DNA from: Piromyces finnis finn
Lineage: Eukaryota; Fungi; Neocallimastigomycota
Assembly: GCA_002104945.1 (NCBI GenBank)
Contig: MCFH01000043.1
Span: forward strand, 372,001-436,000
Length of the DNA stretch: 64,000 nt
Direction: 5' to 3'
Program-made: the position numbers and the translations under genes
Notes under the pieces: model-generated
Databases searched by the model: none
Told to the model about the DNA's origin: nothing
The model's input: only the letters and a program-made list of their open reading frames with translations
Part shown: positions 24,846 through 36,800 of the stretch, one piece after another
Layout of the letters: every line of letters begins with the position of its first letter
How positions within the stretch are numbered: position 1 is the first letter of the stretch

Positions 24846-26189
24846 TAAAACAAAAAAAAAAAAAGGAAATTTGAAAATGAATTTTTTTTTTTAAAATTTT
24901 AATTAATAGAATTATTTTATTATAATATAATATTAATAATTATTAATATTTTATTATAAAATTAAATTTTAATTCCTTAAAATTTTATATTTTTAAAATG
25001 ATGATGAAATTATTTAAAAAATTATATATTTTTTTTCTTTTTTACCAATAATAATAAATAGGAAATGAATCATTATAAATCCTATAAATAATAAAATATT
25101 CCTCAATTTTTTTTAGGTGCTTTTTTTTTTCAGTATTAAAATTCATTAAAAAAAAAAATAATTTCAATTATTTTTTTTTAACATTACTATTTTTTTTTTT
25201 TTTAGATTTTGTTTTTTTTTTTATTAGATAGAAACAAAAGTAGTATTTTTGTTATTTTATAATAATAAACTATCACGAAAAATAAAAAAAAAAGGAAAAA
25301 AAAAAAAAATCAATTAATAATTTAACCATTTTTTTTTTTTTTTTTTGGAAAAAAGTGAAAGTGAACAAGAAATTTATATTTTTGAAAATTAATATTTTTG
25401 GTATTAAGAAAAAACAGTGTTATTTTTAAAAAAAAAGAAAAAAAAAATTATCCATAAATACTACTACTACTTTTTTTTTTTTCTTTTATTTAAAAAGAAA
25501 TGAACTAAGAAAAGATAATAATAAAAAGCAGTTTAATTTTATTTGAATAATTATAGATTTTTTTTTTTTTTAGAAAAATATAAATAGATTTAGTAAATAT
25601 AGAATTAAAAATATTAAATATTTTATTAAAACAAAAGAAAGGAACATATATACAAGTAAAAAAAAAACCCTCAAAGTATATCAAATAGAAAAGAATTCAA
25701 TTATTCATTATTTATCAGTTTTAATAAACCAAAAAGAATAAATTTACGATAACAAATACTAAACTATTAAAAGGTAAATATACAAATTAATAATGTAAAA
25801 TGTAATAATAAATTGGAAGGAAATATATTCAATGATCATGAAATGGTTATTGAAATAATTTTTAAGCCATTTTTTATTAAAAAAAAATTTAATATTCTTT
25901 TTCTAAATATAGTTAAAGTATAATAACATATATATTTATTTTATATCTTTATATAATTTTTTAAAGAACATTTTACTAGATTTATTTCAAGTATTTTTAT
26001 TTTAATAATATATATACTATTTCTATTTCCAAATACAAATAATATATATATTTTAAAATAAAGATAAAATTATTATAATTGCTTGGAAATTTTTTTATAT
26101 TTGAAATTCTGTTATTCATTTGGGTTGTCAATTTAAAAAAATTGCTCCCGAATAATTCTATCAAACATATTCTATTGAAACTAATATAA

Positions 26190-28394
26190 ATGGTTCAACT
26201 TTCAATTCTTCGCAAAGTCAGTAAGATTTTTAATACAAACCATACGTGTAATACAAATTCAACAAATAGAAGTACATCTTTAACTTATAAGAAAAGTAAT
26301 AAAAGTAATAAAAATAAAAAATCAAATTCAACAAGCAATATGCACGAAATTTTAGAAGAAACAAATAATATTCAAAACCTTATTTATATGGGAGAATGTT
26401 ACCTTTTTGGTAGAAATGGAATTGAAAAGAATGAAGACAATGCTGTAGCTTACTTTAAAGAAGCTGCTGGTAGAAATTATGGACAAGGTGTTATACAAGC
26501 TAAAGTAAGTATAATGGCGAATAGAGTAAAAAAAGTTTAAAAGAAATAAGGATAAGATTTTTAAAAAAATCAAAATATAGAGCGTGGGAATAGATTATAG
26601 AAAATAAAAAAAAAACAGTTTTTTTTTATAAAAAAACCAAAATATAGAACGTGGGAATAGTTTATAGAAAATAAAAAAAAGAGTTAAATGATCTAAAAAT
26701 AAGAATTAAAAAAAAAGATATTAATATAATATATATATATTATTTTTATAAAGGCTCTTTTAGCTTTTTGCTATGAATTTGGTTTGGGTGTACCAGAAAA
26801 TTTTAAATCTGCTGAAGAGTTATATGTTAGCGCAGCTAATGAAAATAATGGTTTAGCTCAGGCACGTTTAGCCTTTTTACGCCGTTATGGTAGACCATGT
26901 GTTAAAATTGATCGTACTGAAGCTGAAAAATGGTTGAATGAAGTCAATCAAAAAGGTTCACAAGCTATTGAATGGATTATCAATGCTGCTACTGTAGAAC
27001 AACATCCAGCTGCTATATATTGCTTAGGTGTTTGTTACCATGATGGTATTGGTGTAGAAAAGAACCCAACTAAGGCTGTTTTTTATTATAAGAGATCAGC
27101 AGAGTTAGGCCAATCTAGAGGTGAAGGTATTTTAGGTTATTGTTATGGTGAAGGTTTTGGTGTTGAAAAGAATGATGAAATTGCCTTTTATTGGTATTAT
27201 AAAGCCGCACAAAAGTGCGAATCAGTATCAATGTATAATATTGCCCATTGTTATGAAGAAGGTATCGGTGTCAGCTGCAATATTAATCAAGCTGTATTAT
27301 GGTACAGAAGATCTGCAGAATTAGGTAATTGTTATGCTCAAAATTCATTAGGTTATATGTATGAAGAAGGCCTTGGTGTAGAAAAGGATGAAAAGGTTGC
27401 TGTTTATTGGTATCAATTATCTGCAGAACAAGGATATCCATGGGCAATGTGTAATTTAGGTTTCTGTCTTCAAAATGCTATCGGTTGTGCAAAGGATGAA
27501 GTAAAGGGTGCCTACTGGTATAAAATGGCTGCTCTTCAAGGTCATTCTAGAGCACAACATAATCTTGGTCATGCCTACCAATATGGTATTGGTGTTGAAA
27601 AGAATATAACGTTAGCTGTTGAATGGTACAGAAAGAGTGCAATTGCAGGAAATGCTTTCGCTCTTCATTCTTTAGGTTATGCCTATCAATACGGATTGGG
27701 TGTAGAGGTAGATGAAGAAAAAGCTGTGAAATATTACAAGGAATCAGCGAATCTTGGTCATCCACCTGCCCAACTTTCACTTGGTTGTTGCTATCGTAAT
27801 GGTGTTGGTGTTACTGCCGATGCAAGTATTGCCTTCCACTGGATTCATATGAGTGCTAGAGGTGGTAATGATTTAGCACAAAATACCCTTGGTCATTTAT
27901 ATGAAGAAGGTATCGGTTGTAAACGTGATATGAGTAAGTCCCTATACTGGTATGAAAAGAGTGCCCAACAAGGTAATATGTGGGCTCAAACTAATCTTGG
28001 TATGCTTTATTCTGAAGGTACTGGTGTTAAGAGAAATCATGCTGAAGCTATTAGATTATATAGATTAGCTGCTAAACAAGGTCATGCTCGTGCCCAAACA
28101 AAACTTGGTCACTATTTATTCTATGGAAGAGGTTGTACACAAAATAGAGATGAGGCATTCTATTGGTATAAAAAAGCTGCTGAAAACAATTCAATATCGG
28201 CTATGTATCATATGGGTTTATGTTATGAATCTGGCTATGGTTGTAAACAAGATCAAGAAGAAGCTGCAAAATGGTTCGAAAAAGCAGCACTTTATGGTGA
28301 TCAAAAGAGTTATGAACGTTTAATTCGTATAGTAGCTAATCCAGCATTAGTGGATGATATATTTAAATATGGTTATGTTGCTCCATGTGCTTAA
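26190..28394 (+). CDS. Sel1-like repeat (SLR) protein. Model: join(26190..26504,26754..28394), 651 aa, about 15 repeats
   Basis: Twelve contiguous 36-aa AxxxLGxxYxxGxGVxK(N/D)xxxAxxWYxxxAxxG repeats plus three N-terminal ones. Phase-0 intron GTAAGT...TAAAG joins IQAK to ALLAFCYEFGLGV. The track's TTG start at 26784 is internal. Confidence 0.92.
26571..26682. repeat. Intronic direct repeat, about 43 bp, two copies 67 bp apart
   Basis: caaaatatag(a/-)(g/aa)cgtgggaatag(a/t)ttatagaaaataaaaaaaa at 26571 and 26638. Confidence 0.85.
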
Positions 28395-30476
28395 TCGTCC
28401 TACAATATAATCACCTTTTCTATAATATCATAACATTTAAAAAAAGATTTCACTCATAATTTTAACCATTTATATATAAATAACCATATTATTTTCCTTT
28501 AATCATTAATTAATATATCATCAACTTATCGATTTTATTTCTCTTAATATACTTTCTAATTTAATATTTGAACATAGATTATTCCTTTTTTTTTTTTATA
28601 TAATTTTGATTAATATAAAACAACATTATTAAGCAATCTAATTTATATATTAATCAAAGATATTAAAAAATAGTAAACATACCAATATTTTTTTTTTATA
28701 ATTTCTATTTCCTTTTTTTTTCTCACATAAAAAGGAACAAAAAAAAAAAAAAAACAATAACAACAACAATGGTAACGAATATCGAAAATACAAAAAAATG
28801 TTAAAAAAAAATATAATTACTATTTTAAAAAAAAAAAAACTTTAAATTGTTTTTCATTTTAATTTTATTGTTTTAATATATTTTGCTTTTTTTTTTTTTT
28901 TTTTTATTTTTTAAATGTCATAACTATCCTTTTTTAATTACCTTTTTTTTTATTTATTATATTGTGGATAAACATACCATACTTTAACATAAACCACGTC
29001 CACATTCTTTTTTTTTTTTTAAAAAAAAAATTGGTTTTAAAATGAATGTGAAATCAATTTTTTTTTATTTTTATATATATATCTATCATTTTTATGTTAT
29101 TTTTAATAATAATAAAAAAAAAAAAAACAATAAAATTAATAAAATTTATATTTTTATTAAAAAACAATTTTCTACCAAAAGCGTGTATTTTGTATTGTTA
29201 AAAATAAAGGGATAAAAACCTAGTTTTCAATATAAAATAACCCTTTTTTTTTTTTTGTAAAAAAGTTTTTAAAGAATGGTTAGCAAACAATATAAAAAAA
29301 AGTTTGTCATTTGCCAAAATAAATTTTAAAATTTTTTTTTTTTTTTTTTAGATTAGGCAGGTAGGTAGAAAGATAAAAAAAAAAAAAAAATAAATATAAT
29401 AAAAACTGGATTTTTAATTCCCTTTTTTTTTTTTTTTTATTATAATAATTATTTTTTTTTTTTAAAGTTTTTTTAATTCTTTTAATATCCATTATAAATA
29501 AAATATTACTAATATTTAGGTTAAAAAAAAAAAAAAAGCTGCATTAATTTATAAAAAAATTATGTTTTTTTTTTTTTTCAACTCTTATTTTGTAACTCTT
29601 TTGAAAAAAAAAAAATTACTGTTTTCAATTATACAAAAAATTAAAAAAAAAAAAAAAAAAAAAAAAATTAACGAAACAATAGTTTGCAAAAAAAAAAAAA
29701 AAAATTAAGATTCTTTTTATTATTTATTTATATTATTATTATTTTTTTTTTAATTATTTAATTCATTTATTCGGTATATTTTGGTCATACTACAATACTT
29801 TTTTTTTTTTTTTTAAATAAATTAAGTAGATAAAAAAAAAATTAGAACAGCATAGAATAGAAATATTAGGTTGTATTAAATTAGGCTTAGGATATTAATA
29901 TACATTTTTTTTTTTTAAAAAAAAACTAATTTTTTTATTGTTTAGTATATATATACTATATATTCTATGATGAGATGATGATACGATGATATATTTTTGC
30001 AAGTTGGTATCTAGTGCGTTAAGAAGATTTTGTTGTATATAAATAAATTTAATAAATAAATAATTATTATTTAAATATAATTTTTTTTAATATTAATATG
30101 GATATTGATAAATAATATTGATATATATATATTTCTTTAAAGTGTGAAATAGTTTTAATATTGATAATTAATAGGGATAGTTATAATATTTGTTTTTTTT
30201 TTCCTTTTCTTTCTGTGTTATTTATTTATTTATTTGATAATATGGTTTATGATAACCTTTTTTTTTTTTAATATCTTTTTTTTGATATCATGATTAATGA
30301 TTAATAATAGCTTTTTTTTTTAAATAGTTATATATATATTTTTTTTCTTTTTTAAATAATATCTATTATTAATATCTATTATTATTTTGGAATACGATGG
30401 AAAGGCCACTAAAAAAAAAAAAACATTAATATTTTTTTTCTTTAGTATTTTTTTTTTAATTTTTTGCAACTTTTTT

Positions 30477-32123
30477 TTAATTTTCTTCTTGAATTAATTT
30501 ATTTAAATTTTTTATGATTTCATCATTATGTTGGAAAAGAAAATCTTTATGCTTTCCGGTTATTTTTATTATTTCATTTGAAATGGATTCATCACCAACA
30601 TCTGTTTGAAGTTTTTGATAATTTGGTAGGGAATCACAACGTTCTGTACTAATAAAATTAAGAAGGGTCATATTTTTAGGATATTTCATATTGTGAATCA
30701 TACCAAGATTATAGTCGATTTTACGACCTTCATTTCTTATAGATTTATTAAATCCTTTATTAAGTTCAATATTTGTAAACATTTCTTTTTCATCATCGGT
30801 ATAGGTGTAGTTAGATGGATTCATTAATGGAACAATTAAATAATCATTATTTAGAGTAGAGGCCATACGATTATAACCAATTATATTTTTAATATGATCG
30901 GAATTTACTGTTTTGTAGAGTGAATCTACCTCTGTTTTCATGGATTCTTCAATTTTTGGTACAATCGTATCAAAACCGATAGCTCCTTTAACTTCATTTG
31001 AATATTTATTAGAATAATACAAGGAATACATTCCTCCTAAAGAATGGGCCATTAAATAATAATCCTTTAATTTAAGTTGTTCAATGCAACTATGCAATTC
31101 TGTAACAATATTTTCAATGGTTCTTTCTTCATTAACAATATCAGATAAACCATAACCAAATGGTTCTATCGTAATTACTTTATAAGTTTTAGATAAAAGT
31201 TCAGTTAATGGTTTATAGTAAATTACAGGAGAAGGAATATTATAATCGGATAAAAGAACAATGGATGGTTCATTGGATTCTCCTACAATGTCTATTACCA
31301 TATTATGACCATTCACATCCATTGAAGTACCATAATTATAGGATTGAACCTTTAAATCCTCAAATATATAACATGTGACATTAAAGAAAATGTAAACGGA
31401 TAAAATAATACCAATGAGACTTGAAATAATTTTTATTATTTCTCTTATTTTACTCTTTTTTTTTTTAAGGGTATCTTTCTTTAAATTATTTTTTTGTTTT
31501 TTTGGATTGTTTTCCTCAAGAATATGAGTTATATCAATCTCACGTTTTGAATCATCATCATCATCATCATCATCACCATCAAGGGTTATTTCATCTTCTT
31601 GTTTTAATATTGCTACTTCTTCTTCTTCTTCTATTAAATCTTCATCAATATCAATGGTAATATCATCTTTTATTAAAGATTTTTCTTGATTTGAATTATC
31701 ATTGACATCAAGGGTGATACCGTCTTCTTTTTTTAAGTATTTGAATTGTTTTAAATTGAAAAGACTATTTCTTTTTGTATCTTGTTCTTCTTGTTTTGAT
31801 AGATCATCAACTTTAATTTGTATACCATCTTTGGGTAAAAGAGTATCTTGATTAATATAACTATCATCAACTTCAAGTGTTATATCAGATTCTCTTTTTC
31901 GATTTCTTTCATATTCTTTTAAAGAATCTATCATTTCAATTTCTTGTTTTAAACTTTTTTCTTGACTTGACTTGTCAATACTTTCAGTTTCTTGTTTTAA
32001 ACTTGTTTGTTGTTTTGAATCATTTTCTATAGTGTCAGATGTTAAGTCAACTTCTTTTTTTATTTTATTTTTTTCCTGTATTAAATCTATTTTCAATGTT
32101 ATATCTGTTGGTTTTGTATCCAT
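30477..32123 (-). CDS. Alpha/beta-hydrolase with acidic repetitive N-terminus and a single transmembrane helix (predicted type II), 548 aa, single exon
   Basis: Hydrophobic IIKIISSLIGIILSVYIFFNV preceded by KKKKSK. Fold motifs PSIVLL...PSP, ITIEPFGYGLSD, nucleophile elbow AHSLGG, GFDT, and GKH as candidate catalytic His. Confidence 0.88.
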   Translation of the reverse strand: MDTKPTDITLKIDLIQEKNKIKKEVDLTSDTIENDSKQQTSLKQETESIDKSSQEKSLKQEIEMIDSLKEYERNRKRESDITLEVDDSYINQDTLLPKDGIQIKVDDLSKQEEQDTKRNSLFNLKQFKYLKKEDGITLDVNDNSNQEKSLIKDDITIDIDEDLIEEEEEVAILKQEDEITLDGDDDDDDDDSKREIDITHILEENNPKKQKNNLKKDTLKKKKSKIREIIKIISSLIGIILSVYIFFNVTCYIFEDLKVQSYNYGTSMDVNGHNMVIDIVGESNEPSIVLLSDYNIPSPVIYYKPLTELLSKTYKVITIEPFGYGLSDIVNEERTIENIVTELHSCIEQLKLKDYYLMAHSLGGMYSLYYSNKYSNEVKGAIGFDTIVPKIEESMKTEVDSLYKTVNSDHIKNIIGYNRMASTLNNDYLIVPLMNPSNYTYTDDEKEMFTNIELNKGFNKSIRNEGRKIDYNLGMIHNMKYPKNMTLLNFISTERCDSLPNYQKLQTDVGDESISNEIIKITGKHKDFLFQHNDEIIKNLNKLIQEEN

Positions 32124-33868
32124 TTTTTCTTTTTATTTTTAGTTTTTTTTTTTAACTTTTGTGGGTAGGTAGGTGTGTTTTTTTTCCTTTCTTTTTTTTG
32201 TTTCAATATGAAATTTCTTCTTCCCTTCAACTTTTTATATAAAAAATTTTTAGGAAAAAAATAATAAAATTTTTAATTTCATTTTTCACCAATCATCTTT
32301 CAATTTTAATTATTGAAAAATGGAAATTGAAATTTAAAAAATTCATATGAAAATTATAAAAAAATTTCTATTTAAAATTTTATTTTATATTAAATTTATT
32401 ATTTTTAATTTTTTTTATTTTTACTTTAAAAAATCTTTAATATTTTCATTATATAATATATAAAACAATTTATTATGAATATATTCCAATATATATTAAT
32501 TTTAATTAATTATTTTATCTATATTAAAATAGAATTAAAATTAATTAACTTTATTTTTTAATTATTAAATATTTGTGTAACCTTCATTAAATACTTGACA
32601 GTTTTTTTAAAATGGCAAAATTCTCTTCTACAAATGGTGGTTGGGTTAAAATTATATTCTTGTATAATTCTCTGCTTGTAAAAAAAAAAAAAAAATAGAA
32701 ATGGTTCTTAAATATATTTATTTTTCTTTTACTATTGTAATAGTTAAAAAAAAGAGAAATAAAAAAAAAGATTAAAAATAATAGTTTTTAATTTTATTTA
32801 AAATTTAAAATATTAATAATTTAAAATATTAATTAATTTTTAATTTATTTACTTATTTTTTCTTTATATTAATACTTGGGATGATTTGAATGAATTATTT
32901 TTTTTTTAAAAAAAGTGGAATGATGTTACATGTTGCTTTAGAAAAAAAAAAAAAAAAGATGCACAATAATGTATAATTGTATGTGTAAAGAAAAACTAGA
33001 GATGAAACTATTTCCTTAATTATTCTAAGAAAAAAAAAATAAAATGAAGTAATTTAGAATGGATAGTAATTATAAATATAGAATGATTTACTTTTTTATT
33101 ATCTTGTATTAGCATTCTTTTACAGATGAAGAAGGCATCACTTTATTTTAATAATAACAGATAATAACAGATAATAATAATTCAATTCAAATATTATCAT
33201 ACTATTCAATCAAAACCAAAATGCAACATTATAATGGAATAAATTAGAAAAAGTTCTACCAAACTTTGAATAAAAAAAAGAATTTTTATTTAATAATTAA
33301 AAAGTTTTTTTTTTTTTTTTTTTTTAAATCTCATTTCTTTTTTAATTTATATTTCATTTAACATAAATGATTTGATTTCTAGAAATTTAAAGATTTTTTT
33401 TTTTTTAAAAGATAAATAATACTTATAATCAATCCATTCTATTGTATTATAGAATAGAAAAATTAAAAAGGTATTATAATCCTATATAAATAGTATAAAT
33501 ATATATAAATAGTGGTTTTATACTAAATAAAAAGGAAGAAGAAGAAAACAAAGAAAAATTACTATTCTATTGAAATTTTTTTTTTCTTTAATTATATTTT
33601 TAAATTTTATTTTATTAATAAAAGTATTATTATTTTATCATTAGTAATGTATGAAAAAAAAAAAAAAAGTTTACTATTGAAATTTTTTTATATTATTTAA
33701 TTATTAAGTGTTAAAGTAAATTTATAATTACTTTTTTTTTTTTGGTAGTAATCTAATTAATAAAAAAGATTTTTTTTTTTTTAAATATTTCAAGGTATAT
33801 TAATAAATATTATAGGTATAAAAAAGAAATTTTATATAATCTATATATATATTTTATTGAAGCTTCAA

Positions 33869-36800
33869 TTAATAGTATGGATGTTTAACAAAATCTAAAA
33901 AGACATCATCCAAAGAAGATTCTGTAACAATATAATCATTAATTTTATTTTCACTTTTAGCTTGTTCCAATTTTTCAAATAATCGACCAACTTGATATTT
34001 CTTTTCAATGTAATATTTAAATCGATTGCTGGTTTCTTGTTCAACTGTATAGTCAACTTTACTAAAGATAGAACTTGGATTCTTAAAGATTTCTTCTTCA
34101 ACTTCTCTTGGTCTATTAGTTTCCACATCTAAAATAAATTTATTGGCATAGGTTAAAACTAAGGACTCTGGAGAACCAATACAACGTAATTTACCATCAA
34201 GTAAAATGGTTAAACGATCACAAAGGGCTTCAGCTTCTTCCATAGAATGGGTAGTCATAATAATTGAGGATTGTTGTTTATTTTTAATATCTTTAATTAT
34301 ATTCCATACAAAACGACGAGTAAATGGATCCATACCTGCTGTAGGTTCATCCATAATAATGAATTCCGGATTACCACAAATAGCTATTAAGACAGATAAT
34401 TTACGCTTGGTACCACCACTTAAATATTTTACCTTTTTATTTTGATGTTCTTCCAAGTCACAGTAACGAATGTATTGTTTGGCAACTGCCTTTAATTCTG
34501 ATCTGGAATAACCTCTTAATTCTAAATAAAACTCTAAATGTTCTTTTACGGTTAAATCACTCCAAAGAATGTCTTTTTGATCACAATAACCTAATTGTAA
34601 TCTACGAATATCTTTTACATTAACATCATGATACCTAACACTACCATAATCAGGTGAAAGTGATTTTGTTAATATATTAAGCGTGGTTGATTTACCTACA
34701 CCATTTGGTCCTAATAAACCAAAACATTCATTTGATTGAACATGGAATGTAATATTATCTATAATCGTTTTATAATGACCTTCTAATTTTTCCTTATTTT
34801 TGTTTTTAAATGTTTTTTGAAGATTACTAACAGTGATGGGATATTCTTCTTCATGACGTTTTACCAATAAATATTCATCATAGACATTCTTGTCATGGTT
34901 AGATAAAAATTCTTCATTATCATCCATCATCTCTTTGGTGGTTAAGCCAGTATTAAAGATGACTTTGTTCTTTCTATTGTCTAATATAATTAAAAGAATA
35001 AAGTAAACAATAATAGAAATACCTACAGCAGCAAACGTTAGAATGATTCCTTGATCTAGGTCTAAATAACTTTCAAGGGTTATTGGATATTGACTTGGAT
35101 TAATACTATTTAAAATTTTTATCCATGAAAGCGCATTAATATTGGAAATAATACCATAAGGTGGATATACAAGGGATATACCAATTTGAATCCAAAGAGC
35201 TGGCCCTTTAATAATTGATGTTAAATCTTCTTTATCATTAAAGAAGATGGAAATAACAGAATTAGCTAAATAACCAAACATAATGAAAAGAAGGTTTATG
35301 ATTGGAATGTAGGAATAGGCTGTTTCTGCTTTCTTAAATAAGAAACTTAAACAATATTGGAAGAGAAGAGTGCCCAAAATACTATTGTATATAAATATCA
35401 TTAGGTTTATACAATATTTAATTAGTATATATGAAAATAACGAATTAGTATGAATTATTGAAATGTAATAAAAATTTAATATTTTTTTATGAAAAAGAAA
35501 AAAAAAAAAAGTAATAAAAATGAATTAAAAATATATATTTATATATAGATCTTTGAAAAAAGAGGGAATAAATAAAAAAAAATTTAACATAAATATTAAA
35601 TTTTTTTTTATCTTACCAAGCAATAAAAGTTGCTACCATAATAATAATAGCATAGATATTAAGGAAAGGTTCGTATTTACACAAGATAGCAATACCAAGG
35701 ATTAAAGCACAAGTAATAACACAAAATAGACCATCGGTAAATAAAAGAGAAAACCAATAAGTTTTACTATTAATACCATTAAGATGAAGTTGTTTGACAA
35801 TTAATCCTTTTCTATCTTTCACGGCCAAGGTACCATATTTAATAATACTAAGAATTAAAATAACACCAATTATCATACCTGTTATATTTAAAATCATTTG
35901 ATGACTTAATAAATTATAGTATGGGAATGGATGAGATTTTACTGTTAGGACAGTATCCTTTTGAATAGAATGTAATAAAAGATTAGAGGCATGGTTTATA
36001 CTGGTTGGTACCATATGAACATTACTTTCATTATAATAAATAAAGAAGGTATAATTATTAAAATTGGCAATACCCGTAACGGATGCTGCATAATCTTTAT
36101 TACGAATAGGTGAATTAACATTATTAAATTCCCAAACACTATTGTATTCAACATTTCTGAAAGGTGAAAAAGTTTCATAGAATGATTTTTCTAAATTAGA
36201 ATCATTAATGTCGAAATTCCAACGTTCATTTTGATAAATGGTGTAAGGGGAAAGTTCCTTTTCTTTAAATTCTATTAAATCATTACTTTTTACATAGGTT
36301 AATCCGTAGAAAAGACCAGCTGATAAAAGAGCAGGAAGAACAATAGTATTGAAAAGGAACATTAAATTTCTTAAATAAAGCTTAAATCTTAAACTAATCA
36401 TTTTAATAAACTTTCTAAATCCAGAAACATCTTTACGAGAGGTTGCTTGTGGTAAAGAAGCGTAATCCTTAATCATTAGACCATCATTTTCATTTACATT
36501 TTCTTTTGTATTACCATATTTATTAAGTTCTTTTTGATTTGGTGAATCCTTTTCGGTAAGTTGAATAAATAATTCTTCCAAAGAAGGTGATTTAATGGCA
36601 TATTTTCTGATGATATGATGATTTTCACGACTATTTAAAGCTTTAAAAAGATCCTTAAAGTAGGGTGTGGTGTCAATCGGTAGCTTCCAACTGTAAAAGA
36701 TTTCATCATTTTTAATGCCAATTTGTCTCGAAGATTGACCATCAAATATAGCAGAAGGAATAAATGTTTGAACAATTTCATGGGCAGCTTCTGGATTTGC

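Noticed and set aside
26784-28394. Calling the Sel1 protein CHS4/SKT5 or linking it to the deacetylase as a chitin cluster
   Set aside because: No CaaX box, SLR repeats are not diagnostic, and the genes are 20 kb apart.
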